From: Clostridia bacterium
Lineage (GTDB): Bacteria > Bacillota > Clostridia > Christensenellales > UBA1242
Assembly: GCA_017619495.1 (NCBI GenBank)
Contig: JAFZSF010000012.1
Coordinates: forward strand, 1-59,252
Length of the DNA stretch: 59,252 nt
Direction of reading: 5' to 3'
In this document: piece after piece, positions 45,160 through 52,970 of the stretch
How positions within the stretch are numbered: the first letter of the stretch is position 1
Layout: each line of letters opens with the position of its first letter
Made by a program: the position numbers and the translations under genes
Notes under the pieces: generated by a model
Told to the model about the DNA's origin: nothing
Databases searched by the model: none
The model's input: the letters and a program-made list of their open reading frames with translations, nothing else

Positions 45160-46188
45160 GGCAGTTAAAAAAGTTTTAATGTCCGCCAAAGTATTATTCA
45201 TACTAAGACTGATGCGGAGAACTTGTTTTTGTGCTTTGGGGGTTAATTTCATGGCGTCCAGTGTGCGATTACCTTTGGCATGTGCGGCACAAGCTGAACC
45301 TAAGCCAACATAAATTTCTTGGGCTGATAGGGCATTTAAGACGGTTTCACCGAAAACATCAGGTAATGAAAGATTGGTAATGTACGGATTATTATTAATT
45401 CCATTAACATGACAGCCGGCGGGTAAATGTTGTACTAAATAGTTGTGTAGTTCTGTGACCTGTGGGCAGGCAAAGTTTTCGGCAGCGGTAGCTAAACCCA
45501 CAATGGCGGCGTTGTTTAAGGTGCCGTGTGGTGGTTCAATATTGATACCGGAGCGTACCCACAAAGCGGCGACACCTTTGGGACCGTGAATTTTGTGACC
45601 GCAGATGGTAACACTATCTAAACCCAGTTGAGTCACATCAAAATCAAATTTACAAAAAGCTTGTGCCGCATCAGCGTGAATGTGGGTGTGTGGGTTACGA
45701 GCGCGTACTGCTGCAACAACGGCGGCTGCGTCTTGGTAAGTACCAATATCACTATTGACAAGACTGAAAACAAACAGGGCGGTTTGCGCGGTAATTAATT
45801 GTTCCAGCGCGGAAATATCGATAGTGCCGTCGCGTTTCAATGGAGCCGTAGCAACGGTGTAGCCTTGGTCGGCACGGGCTTTGGCGTACAGATAGACCGA
45901 ATTGTGGTCACCAGCAGTAATGACCAAATGGTGGTTGGGACGGCGGATACAGTGGTCCATGATTAAATGGTTGGCTTGGGTGGCGGTGTTGGTGAAAATC
46001 AGTTGTCCACCCGTTGCGTGCAATTTTCGCATTAAACTGGTGCGGGCTTGATCAATGGCTTGTGCCGCGCGAATGCCACCTAGATAGAGTGTATTAGCGT
46101 TAAAAAAATTAGTTTGTTCCATAGCTTGCATGGCTTGCCAAGCAACTGGATTGATTTGCGTAGTAGCGGCATTGTCTAAATAAATCAT
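45115..46188 (-). CDS. cysteine desulfurase (class V aminotransferase, NifS/IscS-like)
   Basis: MIYLDNAATT N-terminus, the PLP-Lys context GHKIHGPKG and the active-site Cys loop GSACA. The 3' end overlaps folD by 45 nt (convergent). Confidence 0.88.
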   Translation of the reverse strand: MIYLDNAATTQINPVAWQAMQAMEQTNFFNANTLYLGGIRAAQAIDQARTSLMRKLHATGGQLIFTNTATQANHLIMDHCIRRPNHHLVITAGDHNSVYLYAKARADQGYTVATAPLKRDGTIDISALEQLITAQTALFVFSLVNSDIGTYQDAAAVVAAVRARNPHTHIHADAAQAFCKFDFDVTQLGLDSVTICGHKIHGPKGVAALWVRSGINIEPPHGTLNNAAIVGLATAAENFACPQVTELHNYLVQHLPAGCHVNGINNNPYITNLSLPDVFGETVLNALSAQEIYVGLGSACAAHAKGNRTLDAMKLTPKAQKQVLRISLSMNNTLADIKTFLTALTTVLSAIRSHNIL

Positions 46189-46205
46189 GATGATTAAATT
46201 ATAAT

Positions 46206-46227
46206 GTTTGACGGAATTTCGTCAAAC
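46206..46227. promoter_or_regulatory. perfect 8+8 palindrome in a divergent promoter region
   Basis: GTTTGACGgaatttCGTCAAAC lies between TATAAT boxes at 46200-46205 and 46231-46236. Confidence 0.4.
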
Positions 46228-46234
46228 ACATATA

Positions 46235-46870
46235 ATGGATTTTGTGTTAAAGATAGCATATGTGAACGGATACCAGGTGGGGGAAAAGGTAGAACTTCCC
46301 GTGGCAGAAAGTCTGCTATCTGGCTATAATGATTTTTTTGAATCTAACCGTGAATTCTACCAGGGACGCTTGAAAAGACATGATGCCGTAGAAAATGAAG
46401 TAGTTGCGGCGGAAGACGAACAAAACGAAGTCGAGGCTAAATTAGAAAAACAAATGGACAGTGAATCCCAAGCCTTCATTAAAATGTGGGGCAGTTTAGA
46501 TTTTGCCACCGCCACTTTGGTGGGGTTAGATATTGATTGGGACGCCATTCAAGAAAAAATTATGGCAGAGCAAGAAAAAAACATTTTGCCATCACAAAGT
46601 CAGTTGGTGGATACGGCTAAACAATTGCGTAATGTTGCTAGTGTTTTGGCTTACTCGGAACGCATCGTAACGCGGTTGCATCGTAAAGCGGTTGATCAGG
46701 AAATGATTGATTTAATGGTGCAGGGCTTTGAAACTTTATTGGCGCAAGTGGTTAATCGTAATATTGAAGTGCCAGAATTAGATGGCGTGGAAAATAAAAA
46801 ACTAATGAAGTTAAAAACCGTCGATGCAATTTTGGATTATGCCAAACATCTATTTATTTTAGGGAGGTAA
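46235..46870 (+). CDS. hypothetical protein (211 aa)
   Basis: ORF upstream of and co-oriented with the LOG-family gene. The start is uncertain (TTG 46208, ATG 46235 or GTG 46244). No family recognised. Confidence 0.5.
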   Translation: MDFVLKIAYVNGYQVGEKVELPVAESLLSGYNDFFESNREFYQGRLKRHDAVENEVVAAEDEQNEVEAKLEKQMDSESQAFIKMWGSLDFATATLVGLDIDWDAIQEKIMAEQEKNILPSQSQLVDTAKQLRNVASVLAYSERIVTRLHRKAVDQEMIDLMVQGFETLLAQVVNRNIEVPELDGVENKKLMKLKTVDAILDYAKHLFILGR

Positions 46871-46874
46871 TTAA

Positions 46875-47444
46875 ATGAAAGTTTGTGTTTGTGGAGGAAC
46901 TAATCCCGCGACGAATACAAAATTTTTAAATAGTATGCGTCGCATTGGTGAATTGTTTTGTGACAACGATATTGAATTAGTATGGGGTGGAAATCAATAT
47001 GGCGTTTTGGCAGCAATTCACCAAGTGTATGTTGAGCGTAAGAAAACCAATACTTTGTATTTGCCAAAAACTTACATTGACGATTTGAATGGTATGACGA
47101 CGGATAAAGTTGTGATTACGGAAACAATTCCGGAACGCCAAGATGCAATGATGAATAATAGTGAAGCTGTGGTTTTTGTCCCGGGTGGCATCGGTACTTT
47201 ATACGAATTTTGGTCAGCGGTTGAAGCATTGCGTTCGGGAGAAATTACTAATAAATTGTTCTTATATAATTTTGAGGGTTTCTGGAATAAGCAAATTGAG
47301 TTTTTTGATTTTATCAACCAAAACGGTTTTACTAAAACCGGAGTAGGTGGTAGTCCATATAAAGTTAAACCAGAAGATTTATTTATCGTGGTAGATACGC
47401 CGGAAGATTTAATGGCAGAATTGTTGAAAATAAAAAGACAATGA
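46875..47444 (+). CDS. LOG family protein (TIGR00730-type nucleotide phosphoribohydrolase)
   Basis: VWGG.QYG and PGGIGTLYEF motifs. SD (agggagg). Confidence 0.85.
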   Translation: MKVCVCGGTNPATNTKFLNSMRRIGELFCDNDIELVWGGNQYGVLAAIHQVYVERKKTNTLYLPKTYIDDLNGMTTDKVVITETIPERQDAMMNNSEAVVFVPGGIGTLYEFWSAVEALRSGEITNKLFLYNFEGFWNKQIEFFDFINQNGFTKTGVGGSPYKVKPEDLFIVVDTPEDLMAELLKIKRQ

Positions 47445-47493
47445 TACGAAAAAGCCCCTGCGAAGGGACTTTTTATTTGCGAGGGGTAGATAA

Positions 47494-47733
47494 TTAGCAG
47501 CAAGATGTGTTACGGAATTTGCACATAATGTCTTTGCCGAAAACGATGAACAAGATAATCAAGGTGCAAAGATCCAAACCGAAGAAGCCACCTTTCAATA
47601 CGACCATTAATAATACAATGATCCATAAAACATCACAGCTGGTGCTACATTTCTTGGGTTTCGGTTTTTCGCAGTTGCAATCACAGCCACATTGACCGTT
47701 CAAACCCAAGCCTTTGAACATTTCATCTAACAT
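47494..47733 (-). CDS. Cys-rich small membrane protein (79 aa)
   Basis: Strong SD (taaggag), GQCGCDCNCEKPKPKKCSTSC, two hydrophobic helices and a tail ending TSCC. Confidence 0.6.
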   Translation of the reverse strand: MLDEMFKGLGLNGQCGCDCNCEKPKPKKCSTSCDVLWIIVLLMVVLKGGFFGLDLCTLIILFIVFGKDIMCKFRNTSCC

Positions 47734-47876
47734 TTTATAATCTCCTTATTGCTATGTTCGGACAACCGGCGCGCCTTCTTTTGTGAAATTTTGTTGTCCT
47801 ACCTCATGATATGGAAAGGGTATAGAATTTGTTAAAATACCTTGCAATTTGTCAAGAAAAAATGTTATCATATAAC

Positions 47877-49019
47877 ATGAATAAAATTTGGAACACAATG
47901 GTTGATGCAATGGATCAGCTTTGGGATAAAACAATTAGGTTATTGGCTAAGCTAAATACATGGATTCCGTTGTCCGCAGTACTAATTGCGGGGTTGGGTT
48001 TACTCAGTGTGGTTTTGATTTTAGCTATTTGCGGTTGTGTCTTGCGTAAACGCTTGGTTCCGCATTGGTTAATTTGGACCTACTTTACTTTCGCTATCAT
48101 TATCATTATGGCTCATACTGGAAATAATTTGGCGGCAATCGTTGAAGCCGTAGAAATTCCAGTATTGATTATTTTATGCTGTTATATTTTGTTATTGCTG
48201 TTCCGTCGTCGTCCGCGCTATGTTTATGTGGAAAAAAATGTTTATGAACGCCAATTGGCCAAAGGCCGTGTTTATCAGGTTAGTGCCGACGGTCAAGTAA
48301 TGGAAAAACAAGACAAAAAAAATAAGAAAAATAAAAAAGATGCTGCCGCGCGTGAAGTAGAATATGAACTCGAAACAGAGAGTGTAGTTGAAACGAGTGA
48401 AGAAAAGGCTGATGCCAAAGTTGGCAATGAAATTAACGAACAAAAAACAGCAGCATTTGAAGTAGAAAAAGTTGAGGCCGCAAAATTGGCCGCCGCCGAG
48501 GAAGCTGCGCGTGCTGCCCGTGAAGCGGAAAAAGTAGCCGAACGCAAAACTGCGGAACAAGCCGTCCGTGCGATGGAAACAAACCAACGCGAAATTGAAC
48601 CAGTGAAGCGCGTAGACAAAAATGATTTCTTGACCGCACGCACAGTGCGTCCAACCATGACTTCGTCGACCGCAACTGTTACCGTTGATTTACCGACAGT
48701 TAATCCGATTCCGGATAAATCCTATGAACCAACCCGCGAGCCTACCATTGTTACGCGTCCGATTTCGCAAACGATTCCTGGCTTAAAAATGACCGGTTCG
48801 TCTACGACGACGCGTTATAGTAGTACTGCCAACCGTCCAACAATCACTACGGCGGCGCGCCCTTCAACTTATACAATAACCCGTCCAACGACAACAACCA
48901 GTACATTTAATCGTACTACCAGCAGTACAGCGTCCAAAACTCCAACTACATCAACAACCCGTTCGACCGATGATATTATGGCAGCAATTGAACGCTTGCG
49001 TAACAGTATGAAAAAATAA
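47877..49019 (+). CDS. membrane protein with a charged coiled region and a T/S/P-rich tail
   Basis: The start is 5 nt after TGtTATCAT (47863-47871). It has three TM helices, a K/E/A-rich segment and a Thr/Ser/Pro-rich C-terminus. No family recognised. Confidence 0.55.
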   Translation: MNKIWNTMVDAMDQLWDKTIRLLAKLNTWIPLSAVLIAGLGLLSVVLILAICGCVLRKRLVPHWLIWTYFTFAIIIIMAHTGNNLAAIVEAVEIPVLIILCCYILLLLFRRRPRYVYVEKNVYERQLAKGRVYQVSADGQVMEKQDKKNKKNKKDAAAREVEYELETESVVETSEEKADAKVGNEINEQKTAAFEVEKVEAAKLAAAEEAARAAREAEKVAERKTAEQAVRAMETNQREIEPVKRVDKNDFLTARTVRPTMTSSTATVTVDLPTVNPIPDKSYEPTREPTIVTRPISQTIPGLKMTGSSTTTRYSSTANRPTITTAARPSTYTITRPTTTTSTFNRTTSSTASKTPTTSTTRSTDDIMAAIERLRNSMKK

Positions 49020-49034
49020 TCTTAGTCGTAAACC

Positions 49035-49068
49035 AAAAAAAGGAACGCTAATCAGTGTTCCTTTTTTT
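49035..49068. terminator. bidirectional terminator
   Basis: AAAAAAAGGAACgctaatcagtGTTCCTTTTTTT between convergent genes. Confidence 0.8.
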
Positions 49069-49081
49069 ATCAGGGGACGGG

Positions 49082-50467
49082 TTAATTTTTGGTCAAGGTG
49101 TAACCATTCGGCGTATCATTGATTTGGTAGCCTGCAGCGATGATTTCCGCGCGTAGTTTATCGGCGGTTGCCCAGTCGCGTTGTTGTTTGGCGTTTAGGC
49201 GTTGTTTGGCCATAGCGATAATAGTGTCGGGTATGGTTTCTGTTTGCGGTTCGCTTCGTGCGGCTTGATCTAAAGATAAAGATAATACTTGATCAAAAAC
49301 TTTGGTAACTAATTGATAAATGTCAGGGGAATCCGGCTGTTTTAAGGCTTGATGTAGAACCGCCAAAGCAACGGGTGTGTTTAAATCGTTGTTTACGGCA
49401 TCGGTAAACGCTTGGCGCAAATCGGCAAGGATTTTAGGATTTGTATGCGCGGTAGCAGTGCGGTGATGGCGTAAAGCATTAATTATGTTGCGGTAGTTTT
49501 CACGCGCTGCGTCCAAAGCTGGAAAGGTAAAATTCAAAACTGTACGATAAGTTGTTTGTAAAAACAACAAACGCAAATGCATGGGGTCATAGCCACGGTC
49601 AATAATGTCAGCCATAGAATAAACATTGCCGAGGCTTTTGCTCATTTTGCCACCATCAATTTTCATAAATTCATTATGAAACCAGAAATTACACATTTTC
49701 TTGCCGGTTGCGGTTTGTGTTTGGGCGATTTCGTTGGTGTGGTGAATGGGAATATGGTCCACGCCACCCGTATGAATATCAAATGGTACGGGTAAATATT
49801 TCATTGAGATGGCGGAACATTCAATGTGCCAACCTGGACAGCCAATGCCCCAGGGGGAGTCCCATTTTTGAATAGTATTGGGACCTACAAATTTCCATAG
49901 AGCAAAATCGTTAGCGTTGCGTTTTTCGCCTAGCGCGACCCTTGCGCCACCGATGTTACCGGCCAAACTGCCTTTGGACAGTTGAAAATAATCGGGAAAA
50001 GTAGATGCGTCAAAGTAAATACCGTCACTGGTGCGGTAGGTGCAACCTTTTTGTTCCAGTGTTTTAACCAATGCAATCATTTCGTTAATACAATGGGTGG
50101 CGGGAACAATATGTTTGGCGGGGGTGATATTTAGTAAGCCAATGTCATGCATGAAAATATCGGTAAACTTTTTAGCAATTTCTAACGGGTGTACCCCCAT
50201 TTTACGCGCGGTAGTTTCGACTTTATCTTCGCCAGTATCGCCGTCGCCGACCAAATGTCCCACATCGGTAATATTCATAACATCTTCAATTTGATAGCCA
50301 TTAAAGCGTAAAGTTTTTTTTAAAATATCGCCACAGACATAAGCCCGTAAGTTGCCAATATGGGCGGTGTAGTAAACGGTTGGTCCGCAAGAATACATTT
50401 GGACCACCCCAGGTTTGACTGTGTAAAATTCCTCTTTTTGCTTGGATAAGGTGTTGTAAAGTTTCAT
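49082..50467 (-). CDS. cysS: cysteine--tRNA ligase
   Basis: HIGNLR (HIGH) and KMSKS motifs. The start is set at MKLYNTLS because the upstream 18 nt contain a TATAAT 6 nt before this ATG. Confidence 0.93.
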   Translation of the reverse strand: MKLYNTLSKQKEEFYTVKPGVVQMYSCGPTVYYTAHIGNLRAYVCGDILKKTLRFNGYQIEDVMNITDVGHLVGDGDTGEDKVETTARKMGVHPLEIAKKFTDIFMHDIGLLNITPAKHIVPATHCINEMIALVKTLEQKGCTYRTSDGIYFDASTFPDYFQLSKGSLAGNIGGARVALGEKRNANDFALWKFVGPNTIQKWDSPWGIGCPGWHIECSAISMKYLPVPFDIHTGGVDHIPIHHTNEIAQTQTATGKKMCNFWFHNEFMKIDGGKMSKSLGNVYSMADIIDRGYDPMHLRLLFLQTTYRTVLNFTFPALDAARENYRNIINALRHHRTATAHTNPKILADLRQAFTDAVNNDLNTPVALAVLHQALKQPDSPDIYQLVTKVFDQVLSLSLDQAARSEPQTETIPDTIIAMAKQRLNAKQQRDWATADKLRAEIIAAGYQINDTPNGYTLTKN

Positions 50468-50495
50468 ATCTTCATTATATCTCATATGATAAAGT

Positions 50496-50759
50496 ATGGA
50501 AAATGAAAAAAGCGATTTGACTTTGTTGAACCGTAATCAACTCAATGTCACAGGGGTTAAAAAAATTAAAAGCAGTGAACCCGAACAAATTGTTTTAATT
50601 TTACATGATGCGGCTTTAGTAATTTGTGGCGTGAATTTGTTTGTCGTTGCGGCCAGTATACAAACAGGAGAGGTGTCAATCGGCGGATTAGTAAAGTCGT
50701 TACGCTATACTGGGGTTAGCGATAAACGCAAATTCTCGTTCAAAAACATGTTTCGTTAG
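50496..50759 (+). CDS. yabP: sporulation protein YabP
   Basis: LNRNQLNVTGVKKI..SEPEQIVL....ALVICGVNL pattern typical of the YabP family, and followed by a YabQ-like ORF. Confidence 0.75.
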   Translation: MENEKSDLTLLNRNQLNVTGVKKIKSSEPEQIVLILHDAALVICGVNLFVVAASIQTGEVSIGGLVKSLRYTGVSDKRKFSFKNMFR

Positions 50760-50773
50760 ACATAGTCATAGAT

Positions 50774-50974
50774 GTGTTAACTTTAATGGCCAACACCGCC
50801 TTGGTGCAAATTTTGCAGTTTTTGGTGCTAGGCTTTTTCGTATGTGTGGTGGTAGCGGCGTGGAGTGCCCGCATACATTTACCGAAAACTAAATGTGAGA
50901 CATTACTTGATATTTTATCCGTAGTAGTGTTGTTTATCTATGCAGTGGTATTGAAAATAATGTTCTCGACATAA
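50774..50974 (+). CDS. yabQ: YabQ-like small membrane protein (spore cortex biosynthesis), tentative
   Basis: A 66-aa two-helix membrane ORF directly after yabP. The call rests mainly on synteny. Start is GTG 50774 or ATG 50786. Confidence 0.4.
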   Translation: MLTLMANTALVQILQFLVLGFFVCVVVAAWSARIHLPKTKCETLLDILSVVVLFIYAVVLKIMFST

Positions 50975-51004
50975 TGCTGTTAATTGGTTATAATAAATTT
51001 GAAC

Positions 51005-51781
51005 ATGGGGATAACCACACAACTTTTGGCATCATATAGTGGACAGCAATTCATTAAAGACTTGTCATGGCTTGTGGTGATTTTGGTTAGTATCGCGGGT
51101 GCTTTGTGTACGCTTTACGCGGTTTATATTGCGTATTTGTTTTTTACTGCCAGCGACCCCACTAAACGCAAAGCGGCCAAAGATCGTTTAATTAAAGTTG
51201 TCTCTTCGGCGCTGATTATCTTTGTGCTGGCTGGCATTTTAAGGTTAATCGATGTAAATTTTATTTCCCAAACTGGTAGTTACGGCGGAAGCAATAGTAA
51301 TTTTACTTCAACGATCACTAATTATAGTGACGCAGTGGAAATGACTTTAAAAGCGGAAGATATATATAGTAATGGTGGTACTGTACCAAGGGTACAGTCG
51401 GTTAAAATTACCGGAAGTTTTGCACTGCATGGTTTTAGAATCAAAGGAGAAAATGGTACACCAATTGACGGGACAGGCAAGAGTGTTGAATTTAAGTCTT
51501 GTCGGGTCGCGTCACCAAAAGGTTGGGAAGGTGTTAAGTTTACTTTTAGTAATCAAGGAAGTTATACTGATGTGAAAATGGAAGTTACGGAACAGAATGA
51601 GGGTTCTTTCTATGCTGGTAAGGTCACATTGCCGGTAGTATCGCTTGATCCGAATAAGATTACGGTAATTGTAGGATATAATTATAATGATGCTAATGGA
51701 GAAAAACAATCCGGTTCTGCGATGGTTGATGTTCTTTTGACGACAAACAACAACAAGATCGAATTTAAACTAGGTGCCTAA
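51005..51781 (+). CDS. membrane protein with a T4SS-pilin-like (TrbC/VirB2-type) N-terminal hairpin and a C-terminal beta-rich extension
   Basis: Two TM helices joined by FFTASDPTKRKAAKDRLIKVVSSALIIFVLAGIL. This resembles the ..GDP.K..KAK..L......GL.I pattern of Gram-positive/CPR T4SS pilin-like proteins (from memory). Confidence 0.4.
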   Translation: MGITTQLLASYSGQQFIKDLSWLVVILVSIAGALCTLYAVYIAYLFFTASDPTKRKAAKDRLIKVVSSALIIFVLAGILRLIDVNFISQTGSYGGSNSNFTSTITNYSDAVEMTLKAEDIYSNGGTVPRVQSVKITGSFALHGFRIKGENGTPIDGTGKSVEFKSCRVASPKGWEGVKFTFSNQGSYTDVKMEVTEQNEGSFYAGKVTLPVVSLDPNKITVIVGYNYNDANGEKQSGSAMVDVLLTTNNNKIEFKLGA

Positions 51782-51787
51782 GTTTAT

Positions 51788-51816
51788 TTGACGATAAAAT
51801 TGTGACATGTTAGAAT
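51788..51816 (+). promoter_or_regulatory. acpP promoter ending 6 nt before the ATG (leaderless candidate)
   Basis: TTGACG, a 17-nt spacer including TGt, then TAGAAT. The ATG is at 51823 and there is no SD. Confidence 0.6.
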
Positions 51817-51822
51817 AGCTGC

Positions 51823-52071
51823 ATGGAAAAGAAGAACGAAAATTTAACAAATGAAATTTGTGCGGCGATCGCTAAGCAATTACGCAAACCGGTAACTGAG
51901 GTTACCTTAAATAAAAGATTAAAAGAAGATTTAAATGCTGACAGTTTGGATTTGGTCGAATTAATGATGAATTTGGAAGAGCAATATCATATCACAATTG
52001 CCGATGAAGATTTGGTTAAAATGCAGACCATTGGTGATGTGGTTAATTACATTACGAAAATTATGCAATAA
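51823..52071 (+). CDS. acpP: acyl carrier protein
   Basis: LNADSLDLVELMMNLEE, containing the phosphopantetheine Ser motif DSLD. Confidence 0.9.
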   Translation: MEKKNENLTNEICAAIAKQLRKPVTEVTLNKRLKEDLNADSLDLVELMMNLEEQYHITIADEDLVKMQTIGDVVNYITKIMQ

Positions 52072-52100
52072 TTATTTGGCCGTTTGACATATGGATAAAT

Positions 52101-52970
52101 GTGTCAGCGATAATAATTGAGTTTATAATTGGCAGCGGGCTTTTGATGCTCGGTGCCTTTTTTCTTTGGCGTGAAATTGGTAAGCGTGGTGGTATGGGTG
52201 CGTTAAGTGCGGCGGTTTTACCGGTCGGGGCCGTAATGTGTGTAGCCGTGATATTAAGGCAGGTGGAAATTGTGCTGGGCGTGATGTTTGGTGTCGTGGC
52301 GGTACATTTGGCAGTGTTAGCGTTACTGGTGATTAGCAGTCGGCAACGGGCAGTCGGCGCCGACGGCATCATAACAGGCTGTTGGATGTTATGTGGCTTG
52401 GTAGCGTGTTTGGTGGCAGGACAGCATGGTGTGATGGGCCGCTTTGGTGGCTTGGGTTTATTATGCGCGGGGTTGGTGGTCATAGTGCAGATGTTTAATC
52501 GTCCCAAAAACTTGTCACATGTGGCTTTGGGCATGGTCCGTTGGTGGTTAGTTTTGCTGGCGGTAATGGGTGTGGTTAGTGGTGCTTGGTTAATGGTAAG
52601 GCGGACCGAAACTATATCAGTGTTGCTGAATCTATCGACGGGAATTTTTAGTCAAGTAGTCTTGGCGCCTTGGAGCGGTTTATGTGCGTTATTGGGAATA
52701 CGCTACCAAGGTAAATGGCAAGTAAAAGAAGTTTGCACGGGATTAATATGGGGTAATGCAGTGTTGGTAACCGCAGGATTAGGATTAACAGCGTTGTGCT
52801 TAGGCACAGTGCATATAGCACAAAAATTACTGAGTGTGACTTTGCCGTGGGTAAGTGCATTGTTAGTTTTGGCGGTAGTGGGCATATATTTACCAGCAAA
52901 AACCGCCCGTTGGTGGGGCGGTTTACTGTTGATTTTGTTGGTGGGCTATGGACTTAGTTTGCTGTGGTAA
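52101..52970 (+). CDS. polytopic membrane protein (289 aa), family not recognised
   Basis: GTG-initiated ORF that is almost entirely G/A/V/L-rich hydrophobic helices. The start is uncertain. Confidence 0.5.
   Translation: MSAIIIEFIIGSGLLMLGAFFLWREIGKRGGMGALSAAVLPVGAVMCVAVILRQVEIVLGVMFGVVAVHLAVLALLVISSRQRAVGADGIITGCWMLCGLVACLVAGQHGVMGRFGGLGLLCAGLVVIVQMFNRPKNLSHVALGMVRWWLVLLAVMGVVSGAWLMVRRTETISVLLNLSTGIFSQVVLAPWSGLCALLGIRYQGKWQVKEVCTGLIWGNAVLVTAGLGLTALCLGTVHIAQKLLSVTLPWVSALLVLAVVGIYLPAKTARWWGGLLLILLVGYGLSLLW

Noticed and set aside
48192-48675. Three antisense ORFs (131, 121 and 80 aa) opposite the K/E/A-rich part of the 47877-49019 gene.
   Set aside because: Low-complexity GAA/GCC-rich coding sequence generates open frames on the other strand. 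They have no start context, and their translations are low-complexity.
52101-52970. A locally GC-rich gene, considered as a horizontally acquired island.
   Set aside because: The GC excess is explained by the amino-acid composition of an almost purely Gly/Ala/Val/Leu polytopic membrane protein. There are no flanking repeats, tRNA or mobility genes.
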